Source: Trypanosoma brucei
Lineage: Eukaryota
Length of the DNA: 64,000 nucleotides
Assembly: GCA_000002445.1 (NCBI GenBank)
Contig: AL929603.2
Location: 192,001-256,000 of the forward strand
Direction: 5' to 3'
Shown here: in pieces, positions 22,084-31,700 of the stretch
Position numbering within the stretch: position 1 is the stretch's first letter
Layout: the number at the start of each line of letters is the position of its first letter
The notes under the pieces: generated by a model
Told to the model about the DNA's origin: nothing
Database searches by the model: none
Seen by the model: only the letters and a program-made list of their open reading frames with translations
Made by a program: the position numbers and the translations under genes

Positions 22084-23588
22084 AATGCGAGTAGTTTTTA
22101 ACCCTTGTCTAAAGATGTCGAGCAGTATGGAAAGGGCAGAAAAGTATTGAGGTACTGATGGAAAATGTACGCACTTATTTATTTTTACATGAATTCATTT
22201 TGTCTTGTTAGTTGTACTTGTAACGGCACTACCTTTTGTCGCAAAAGCAACTGTTGCGGTGAATACTTCATGGACTAAATGTTATCGAGAGGGGAATTAA
22301 TGAGAACATTACGCTACGACGTACTTTACTTTCGATCTCTTTCCTTCCCTTACTTGCAACAACCACGTTCCGGGTCACGTCATTTTCTGAGTGTTTATCC
22401 ACAGCAGGTAGTATTTTTTTTTCCCCCACTCCAAAGTTTCTACAGAAATATAAAGCTGTGAAACCGCACGAGGAAAAGTGAAACAAACAAAAAACGAGAC
22501 GAGCGGTTCAGTGTTGCAGCGGTATGTGGCGGGACCGAAAGTCCCCCCTCCTCTTTTCTCCGTGATTCCTTATTCAGTAACAAGTGAAGAGGAAGTTTGT
22601 AAACATATATAAATGTAAATAAATATATATATCTGCTTTTTTTTTAATAAAATATTCATTTATTTGAAAAGAGGGGGAAGGAAGGGAGGATGATGCCGGG
22701 AACACAGTTTTAAAGTGCGGACAGTAATCCGTATGTTTTTTTTTCTGAGTCCAACACTTTCAATTTGCACAGCCGTGCATTCACCAACGCCTGTGCGTGC
22801 GCGTTTGCGTCCGCGTGTCCAGTTATTTCGCTTCATATTATGGCACCACAATAACTGCACGCGAAACACAAAACACGAAGGAGGTCACGTGTCCCTCAAA
22901 CCGATCATCCGACAACCAAGTAAAGAAAAGCACAAAAAAAAACAAAACACAGAACAACAAAATAGCAACGTCCGCAAAACAGACTGCCGTCACACACACT
23001 CACACACACACAAGCACGAAAAGAAAAAAAAGAGAGAAGTAGAAGAAGAAAGAAAGAACAAAATGAGAAGATGCAACCAACCGTAGTTTATCACCATATA
23101 AAAAAAGGACGTGCCGAGAACACACAAGTTACTTACTCCTATTTATTTTTTTTTAAATGCCTCCAGCTCGTTTCGCATCACCTCATCACCTTCCAGGCTG
23201 TTGTCGCTGCTGCCACAGTTAATAATTACACCCCATCATCCTCAAAAAAGAAAAAAAGAAAAAAGAAGAAAAACCCTGCCAGTGTTAATGTTATTACATG
23301 ACTCTAATGGCTAACAGCCCTTGTCTCTCTCGTTTTCGCATACTCATCCTTCCGCCACCCAAAACATTGCCGCATCCTACGCAAGTAACATGCTACTTCA
23401 TCCCTTGCCGCTCATTCATGAAACAACGTAACGAGAAATCGTGACGCAGCGCAACAATACAGAAGAACGGAAGGAATAAAAGAAAAAAGGGCAATGCACC
23501 TGCGATTAAATGGAAAGCAGACACTTGGTGGGAACAATAAAAAACAAAAAAAAAATTACTTACTACAACTTTTACCGACCTGCAGCGC

Positions 23589-25789
23589 CCGCTAAAAGTG
23601 TGCGGCGTAAGTTCTATTTTACTTTCTACCGACTGCTACTACTGCTACCCGCAACCTTCTCAAGCATTATATTTTGTTTTAAACACTCCCGCACATCCGT
23701 CACACGACACCCCTCCACGCCACCGCTCAGAGCAACACGCCGCGCAACATGAGACCATAAGGTTCTCGGTATCCATGCGGCACTGGGGGCAAAAGCGGTT
23801 CGTGTATGATTTAGAACAGATAAATTAAATGAACATAAACAAGAGAGGGGAATAATAAAACATAAAAAGAAAAAAGGGAAGAAGAGGAAAGGAGAGGGGG
23901 GGGGGAAGAAAATAATCAGGACGGTCCCGTATGGTACGGACAGTGCAAGGATGAGTTGCCGTGAAAATATGGGGAAAAGCAGGACAACAGACCTGAGCGA
24001 TTTCCGCCATTGATGATCACATAAGTGACCAAAGGCATTCATTCATCACACGGACTGCGCAACGCATATAAATGCTCCCGTTTCCCGAATCCAACAAACA
24101 ATCACATCACACCGTAGGGTTACCGACGGCAACTACAGCGACTACCAGCTCGCTTCTTGCAAATTACTGCGAGGTGAGACTCGGGGCATATATACCTTGT
24201 GCAAAGAGTAACGCAGATATAGCAGCCGTTATCAAAAGAGTGAATATCCATCCGAGGTACATTTTCCCAACCATCATCCATCGCACCTTGCGGAATCCAC
24301 AATCCATAATACTGATAGCCACAACAGCACCTGTGATGCAGTGTGTTGAAGAGACGGGAATACCGAAGGCGGAACACAGTGACACGACAAGAGCAGCGGA
24401 AAGTTCTGCTGAAAACCCACGGCTAGGAGTAATCTTCGTAATGCGTTCCCCAAGCAACCGCATGATTCTAACACCCAACGTCGCGAGACCAACCACTAAC
24501 CCAGCTCCACCAAGAACCAATATCCATAATGGTACATCGTTCTCTTCTACCACTTGTTGGTTGATATAAATGGAGTACATGGCGGAAAATGGGGCAATGG
24601 CGTTACTCACATCGTTGGCACCATGTGCGAAGGATGCACAAACGGCCGTAAATACCTGAAGGTAACGAAACACATACTCCACACGTTCATCATATATTTG
24701 CACATCAAATTTCAATGCTTCATCAACGACACCTGTCATACTTAGTCGACTCATATTTTTCGATTGGTACTCAGTTGTTGGAGAGTCGCTGGTTGGCTCG
24801 CTCGATGGTGGGACTATGCGATTCGCAGTATCAACAGGACCTTCCACCGCTGCCCCCACTCCAGCAGCATTCTCTGATATGGCACCCGCATCTCCTGATA
24901 TTTCCGGCGCGGTATTCATCCCTGTTTCAGCCCTTTCCCGCTCAGCTCTTTCAGTTATCAACCTCACACGGCGTCTCAGAAGTGGGATACAAGCCGCAGA
25001 AATGGAGGCAGCCCCAAGTCCAATGAGGGCAGCAACCCATGACGCCTTCGCAGGTCCCCAGTGTAGATGAGAGTCCGCTCCCTTAAATAGCACAAAGAAT
25101 GACTCCAGGAAAAATGTCACTCCGACAATTAATGGAAGGGCAAACAAAGCGCGGTTCACGGAGTTGGCAGGGCGCAGTACAACGAGCCGCAACAATGCAT
25201 ACAGCGAAGCAGCCACTGCGCCAGCAAACACTGGTGAAATGAACCATGACGCAATGATCGGGGCGACGCCAGTAACATACGGAAATTCATCGATCTTCTT
25301 AGCAAAGGAAACAGCGCCAAAACCACCGTACACAAGCGCAAAGCCAATTATAGCACCCGCAATGCTATGAGTTGAAGACACGGGAAGGCTCATCATGGTG
25401 GCGAATAACAACCAAATGAAGGTTGCACTCAATGCGCACATCATACCGTACATCAGCACATATGGTTCATTTGCAAATGTCATTGGATTCGCAATACCAC
25501 CTGATATTGTTGAGGTTACTTCAGACCCAAGAGAAACGGCACCCACAAGCTCACAGATGGAGGCGAGTATAACAATTTGCCACAGGTTGAGCACTCGCGA
25601 GCCATACGTTGTACCAAAGGAATTCGCGAGGTCATTCATACCAACACCACAGCCGGTGAGGAACGAAACGATCCCACCGACAATAATGACCCATAAGTAT
25701 GGATGCACCATGATGAAATATGGTATTCACTTACTTCTTTCTCCTTGTTTACAATAATCTTATAGCTTAAGGCCAGCACGTAACTTACT
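23589..25789. repeat. Direct repeat copy 2
   Basis: See copy 1. Differences include G-run length (20185 vs 23891) and two clustered patches inside the CDS. Confidence 0.85.
24164..25711 (-). CDS. PiT-family inorganic phosphate transporter, copy 2 (515 aa)
   Basis: Same signatures as copy 1. Differs in a 15-aa loop patch (TTEYQSKNMSRLSMT vs TAKENPANNASGLTT), in GADSHLHW vs GAKARLHW, and in a few point changes. Confidence 0.85.
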   Translation of the reverse strand: MVHPYLWVIIVGGIVSFLTGCGVGMNDLANSFGTTYGSRVLNLWQIVILASICELVGAVSLGSEVTSTISGGIANPMTFANEPYVLMYGMMCALSATFIWLLFATMMSLPVSSTHSIAGAIIGFALVYGGFGAVSFAKKIDEFPYVTGVAPIIASWFISPVFAGAVAASLYALLRLVVLRPANSVNRALFALPLIVGVTFFLESFFVLFKGADSHLHWGPAKASWVAALIGLGAASISAACIPLLRRRVRLITERAERERAETGMNTAPEISGDAGAISENAAGVGAAVEGPVDTANRIVPPSSEPTSDSPTTEYQSKNMSRLSMTGVVDEALKFDVQIYDERVEYVFRYLQVFTAVCASFAHGANDVSNAIAPFSAMYSIYINQQVVEENDVPLWILVLGGAGLVVGLATLGVRIMRLLGERITKITPSRGFSAELSAALVVSLCSAFGIPVSSTHCITGAVVAISIMDCGFRKVRWMMVGKMYLGWIFTLLITAAISALLFAQGIYAPSLTSQ

Positions 25790-26080
25790 AATACCGTGTA
25801 ACGGTATTTCTTTCGGAAGTAGTTCGAAACATGAAATGAAGAAATTAGGAGATGAGCGCGCATAATTGGGAAACGTAAATTTTTATATCCTGTGTATTAA
25901 AAATGGAGTAGCATCGCAATTATTGCTTGTTTTTGTCGCGAACAGTAGCAAAGAGCCTTAAGAGGGGAAATTGGTGCAAAATGTATGTTCTGTTTGATTG
26001 ATCTTAACTTCCTCATATATCTTTCTATGGCGGTGAGTGCTCTTGTTTTCATTTTGGCGTTGTCTCCTGTGTTAGTTATA

Positions 26081-26989
26081 TCACTTTCCACAACCGTGCT
26101 TTTTGTATAGTTCTTCTATGTGTTTCTCGCGGCGCATAATGCGCCTAATTTCACTCTTTATAGAGTTCTTTATGTCGTGCTGCAGCTGAAGATAAATCGC
26201 TCTCCGCTGAGTTTCGAATCGTGCGAGTAGACATTCCCTTTCGTGTTTTTCCTTCTGCTGTATAGCAAAGTAATTTCTTTGGTGCTCAGGGGGAATCCCA
26301 GTAAGTTTCTGCGTCTCTCCTTCCATGAGTGTTTTAATGGCAAAACACTCATCGAGAGCATCCTGGAAAATTGTTCTCCTTCCAATAAACTCCTCATTTT
26401 CAACCACCACCGAAGCCTTGTTGAAGAAACCCCTTACTAATGCTTGTCGTCGCCTACCCTCGCGATCACACGTCTTTTTGCGCTCGTTGTACTCTTCCAT
26501 CAAAAGATGCTCAATACGTCTTGCATTTAACTTCATGGTCTTTGCTGTAGCGGCAGCGTCATGTTGTCTTTTCTTCTTGGACATCTCTTTCACCTGTTTA
26601 CCTAACAGTGAATACACAGCCTTGCGGTAAGATGTGCCAAAACCGTTGCGCTCTAGTTGTCGGACTAACAGCTGAATCAGAATGTTTGGCTGATCTTCTT
26701 CGGAAACCCTTGTCCTGTGATCCCATGGCCCACGCAAATCCTTTCGCTTCATTGACACACGCTGCACGTTACCCCCGCTTAAGGTATCCCTCCGTAAAGT
26801 GGTCAAAAAGCGCAAAGATGATACATTATCCACGCAACCGCGACGAAAGAGAGGACCTGCAAGAGATCTTATTACATTAGATGTTGGCAAAAGGCAACAT
26901 CTATTGTCAGGAGATGTCACTGCACGCTTCCAGGCTTGCGGATCCCTTATGATGTCACTGATAAACCTCTCAACGAGGGGATCACACAT
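26081..26989 (-). CDS. hypothetical charged/helical protein. ORF open to 27208, but the upstream part translates a polypyrimidine tract, so the first plausible Met is at 26989
   Basis: Lys/Arg/Glu-rich, predicted helical; no motif recognised. N-terminal 73 codons of the maximal ORF are low-complexity F/L/C-rich (UTR-like). Confidence 0.4.
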   Translation of the reverse strand: MCDPLVERFISDIIRDPQAWKRAVTSPDNRCCLLPTSNVIRSLAGPLFRRGCVDNVSSLRFLTTLRRDTLSGGNVQRVSMKRKDLRGPWDHRTRVSEEDQPNILIQLLVRQLERNGFGTSYRKAVYSLLGKQVKEMSKKKRQHDAAATAKTMKLNARRIEHLLMEEYNERKKTCDREGRRRQALVRGFFNKASVVVENEEFIGRRTIFQDALDECFAIKTLMEGETQKLTGIPPEHQRNYFAIQQKEKHERECLLARFETQRRAIYLQLQHDIKNSIKSEIRRIMRREKHIEELYKKHGCGK

Positions 26990-27567
26990 TCTTTTCCTTC
27001 GAGAAACACAGAAACGGCACGAACCCCACTCCCTATATGCTCCCTGAAAACGCTTCAACGGGTACCGACAATACAATAGGAAAAGATGAAGATAAAAACA
27101 GCGAAAGAGTAATGGCGAAGAACAGAAGAACAAGCAAACAAACTTGGGTGGTGCGTTGGAAAGACCCTGTAGAGCTAAAAAAAAAAAAAAAGACCCGCAA
27201 CGATACACGCACGTTTATTTTGCTCAGGCGGGAGCGCAGGTGCACCGAAGGGAGGGGTTTCGGCGGAGGTGAAACCATCATGAAGGACTGCCAACGGAAT
27301 TAAACTTTGACAGCAGACGAGACCCCGGGGAATTCCCTTTCCCTTTCCTTCCTCCCTTTTTTTTTTTATGTCGCCGCGTCGTGTACATGCGCGGGTGGTT
27401 AAAAAAAAAAAAGTAAAAGCGGAAGTGACGAGTAGCGGACGCCCTCCCTCAACTCCCCTTTTCTCTCCTTTTCTTTCACTTTTCAGTTTCATGCTGGAGC
27501 CGCCGCCCCCCCCCCAACGATTGCTGATTTAAATCACTTAAGACCTTTCTAACGCCATGCCTCGCAC

Positions 27568-28083
27568 TCATCTGGGTTCAAGTGCTTCTCTTCCTTCACT
27601 CGGTCCTCCATTCCATGCGATGGGTGTCACCGTTACGGTCGGCCGCGGCATTGCAATAAATCGCCCCATCAGCTCCACCTGAGGTACTGGCGGAGGGCAG
27701 TTGTTCATACGTCCATCGAAGTAAGCGACTTGCGTGTAGTATCCGACGCGCAGAAACTCCTGCTCCCTGTACTGAAAAGATATTACGAGAATTGTAACCC
27801 CTAACACTTCCTGCGTAGGAACCAACTCCACCTGCGGTGGGTCACATTCCATTGTGAATTCCGTCACCCCCTGCGCAAGAGGTCCTACATCAAAGGAATC
27901 GAGTACCTGATCATGGTTTGGTGATGCAGCACTACCGACCCACACGAAAGCAATGGATATGGTGTCATCTAATGCTTCTAAAGCCTCTAACCGCATCCGC
28001 CAGTGCATTGGTTGGGTGTAAGAAGAAGGATTGTCCCCTATCAGTTCTATCTCCAAAAGTTGTACAATTGGTTGTATGCTCAT
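27568..28083 (-). CDS. ASF1A: ASF1 anti-silencing function histone chaperone (H3/H4 chaperone)
   Basis: MSIQPIVQLLEIELIGDNP...WRMRLEALEALDD...VGP...G...F...PP...LVPTQEVLGVTILVISFQYREQEFLRVGYY matches the conserved ASF1 N-terminal Ig-like core (yeast MSIVSLLGIKVLNNP...[22 protein letters not shown]). Start taken at the second Met (MSIQ). Confidence 0.85.
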   Translation of the reverse strand: MSIQPIVQLLEIELIGDNPSSYTQPMHWRMRLEALEALDDTISIAFVWVGSAASPNHDQVLDSFDVGPLAQGVTEFTMECDPPQVELVPTQEVLGVTILVISFQYREQEFLRVGYYTQVAYFDGRMNNCPPPVPQVELMGRFIAMPRPTVTVTPIAWNGGPSEGREALEPR

Positions 28084-28726
28084 CCCTTCACCAAACCTCA
28101 ATTAAGCTACCGTTATAGATTGAATTCTTGTATTGTTCCCTGATTTGGGTCCAATTCACTAATGTAATTACTTGGAATTATGTGTGTGTGCGTGTGTGTT
28201 TAAGAAGCTTAGGCGCCGCGTTCGCTAAAAGCGTCTATGATTTTAACAAATCTTGTGATGTCTATCTATGTCACTGCGCAGTAACAGCGAAAACGTTTTG
28301 GGCGCGCGACAGCCGAGTATGTCCTTAAGTACTGCCGTACTGACGAATGTGCAACACTACTACCACGTCCTTCCCTCAGTTCTTTCGTTTTTCTTGGCTG
28401 AAATTGAAAGTGCAAAAAAAAAAAAAAGGGAAGTGGCAAGGTTTAAATTCTCAAAACAAATAAATAAAAACACAAACTTCAGGTTAAGCTTCTGTCTTGG
28501 CCTTCGTTCTATGCTGCGCAGACCCACAACTACTTAACCAGAGGAGCGGAAAAAAAAAGAACCAGACTCTTGAGAGAACCTTGTCCGAACGCAGAGTACG
28601 AAACCAAAATATTGACAATGAGAGTTATGACAATGCGAGAGGGATCAAGTTTTGAATGAAACGATGAAGGTATACCCGGCGAAAGGATCATCACTAAGAA
28701 CATATACTAACACACACCTTCCCTGG

Positions 28727-31700
28727 CTATTCTCGCATAAGATCAGCGACGCTACACTGTTCCTTGATGAAAGTAGCACGAACCATTTCACTTCCCTCTA
28801 CACTGAACATGAACAGGCAATGCTTCAAGGAGCCAGAAAGAATATTGAGCAACATCTTCCATTCATTAGAGAGCCATTGCAAACCGACCAACTCCTCCGG
28901 TGGGGTCCCTGAGACATCGGAGGTAATTTCCACCACGTGCGATTGAGTGAGAAGCCGCCACCAGCACTCTTCGTGAGGTGTCTGCCAATCTTCTAATTGT
29001 TTAATGCGAGCCAAGTAATAATCCGCAAAAATCTCGTCCACTGTTAAGGCGCATGCTCGTTTCAATGGAATACACTGCTCCAATAATGAATGAAGCACGG
29101 AAGGAGATCTTACCTTGGTTTGAGCGCATTGTTTTGCGGTGGCACCAAATTGAATATCAGCCTCAAAGTACACAAGGCTCTGAGAAAAGTCCGAGGGGGA
29201 CACTACAAACTTTCCACTTCCAGAGACGAGAGTGCTGGGACGGCCACCCAAAATCTCAATGCATTCGGGTTTGTCAGAGCCCTGGCACTTGAGAAGCCGA
29301 AATCCCACAATGTTGCCAAATACATGACGCCGTGGGCTAGCCTTGACATTCGAGGACCTTAAATCCTCTACCTGTTCTTCTTCACTGCTTAAGGTACGTG
29401 CTGCACTTGTTTCTGAAACCGTAATACTCTGCTCAACAGGGGTAGATGCTTCCTGGCGTAATTGATACCGTGGAGACGGCTGCGCTGTGGCTGCAGGATT
29501 AGGTAACTCATCCCCTCCAACCAGTTCTCTCGACAGTCGACATATATCGGCCCGAGCTTCCTCACTCAACGTCCGCATTCGTAGCAGCTCCTCAGAACGG
29601 GCAATAATAGGCCTACTTGACTTCGCCATCCCACGAATTTTCCCAAGTGACTCAACAACACCGCGAAGGAGCGGCTCAGCAGGACGGCTGTAAACCTTCG
29701 TGTACTCATTCGCCAGTACGTGTATGCAATCGGGTCCCAAGTCCTCCGCGCAACGTATAAAAGAAGCATTCTGCACAATAACAGGTGTGAATGGTATTGA
29801 TGGCAAAGCAAGCACAATCTCTTTTGAGCCCGTGGCATGTGGGACATCAATCATAAAGTAGGAAGCCGGAACACATCCAGGTTTCCATCCGTCATTTAAG
29901 GCCACGATAATATGTGAGTTGACCGTGTCCACACTCTTGGTGCCGACGAACAAGCCAGCAAAATCGATGGCATCACCTGTCTCTGTTTTTGGGGACACAT
30001 CTTCAGCTGAGCGCAAAGGTTGCCTCACAAACCCCTTACGCGGCGGTGAGACTATGCTATACCGAAGAGGGCTCCGAGAGTACAAAACTGTCGTCCGCTG
30101 GAAGGGGTGACCAGGTCGGAAGCGTGAAGGGGTTACGGAGAAAACGACAATCTCAGCTCCCTCCGGTGGAAAATCACACGAATGTTCCTCCAAATCCCCC
30201 GCCGGACAGTTGGCACCGCAATCATCCCATATTTGCAAGAGGACGTCCCCCTGTCGCTCACAAGACAACAAAAACGATGTCAGACGTGAAAGTTGTCGGT
30301 CACTTTTTCCTTCAAACGGAGCAACAGCTCCGCGTGCCATACATTCCTGGAAACTTAGCTGCGCCAATAAACTCCTCACAATTTTCAACGCACCACCTGT
30401 GCTGCCTCTTGTGTCGCCAGTTCGCGCACCCTTAAATGTTTTCTCAAGGAAAAAGGGCGGAAGCACGCGCTCCACTCGCCCTTTCAAACAAGGTACCAAA
30501 CCACCAAGCATATCCATAGCGGAAGGCAGCAGTGTCGGCAAACAAGTATGATAGAGACCTAGAGGTGAGGAAGGTCCCACAGGTTGTGTGCAGTTGTAGT
30601 TAATGGAGAGGAGCACTTCATCTTTGCATTCTAGTGGAGAACAACAGTCTCTCCTCAGCATCCTCGCACCGCAAGTAACAATCTTCTGACCACACCGCAG
30701 GGTTCCATTACGAACTAAGTTCGTTAATGGAATATCAAGAGACACTTTAACGTGGTAAAACCCATCGGAAACCACTGCCGTGCAGGTGTGAGGAGTAAGG
30801 CGCTCCTCAAAAGATACCGACACTACCCAGACTACCACCAGTGAGGCTGCTTGAACGTCCCCTTCCGCAATCAAACGCAAAGCAGGCCGTTTGCCCTCAA
30901 CATACTCGTGATTATATTTAAAACACATGTGAAGCAAAGTATGTGCGACAGAAAACACGGGAAGGGGTGGATCAATGTGTAATGTGAGTCCCCGCAACTT
31001 CAGAAGCGTGGACGTCAACATTTGAAGACACCACGCATCTGGGCAGCCCCGTGGAGAAGCCCCCAAGGTAAGCATGGCCTTACGAAAATTTGCCGATGGT
31101 ATGAACTCACACTCCGCTGGTATTTCCAGTAACTTCAGAAGTTCAGGTGAACACCCAAATTGCTTAAACAAAAAGTTTCCTCGCACAATCTCGTCAATTG
31201 AGGGAGGTACCGTCATCGATAATGAGCGAAACGTGAAAATGTCAAACGAAAGATGTCGGGGGGTTCGACCTACTTCCGACCCCTCACCCTCTGAACTCGG
31301 CATGTGGGACGCCGATGGCACCGCTTCCCCTACTCCTTTCGCAACCGCTCCTTTATTCTTAGCAAAAGGAACCACAAACGGCTTTCTTGCTAGCTTGGAT
31401 GATGACAATGGCGATGATGATGCTGATTTACGGTGTGTACGTGGCGTCCTCTTCGACAAGGAGGCACCTGCTCCCGAAATGGGTTTAGCAGATGAAGCTG
31501 CGTTCGCACTTGCTACTTGCAGTGACGACTCTGATACAGTTACGGTTTTACCAGCGGCAGATACAAAAAGCGTTGGAACATCTGTGGAATTTCCTTGTAC
31601 CGCAGTGCTCTCTTGGCCATTTTCAGTATTCATTCGTGCCCTTGCTACTTGCAGTGACGACTCTGATACAGTTATGGGTTTACCAGCGGCAGATACAAAA

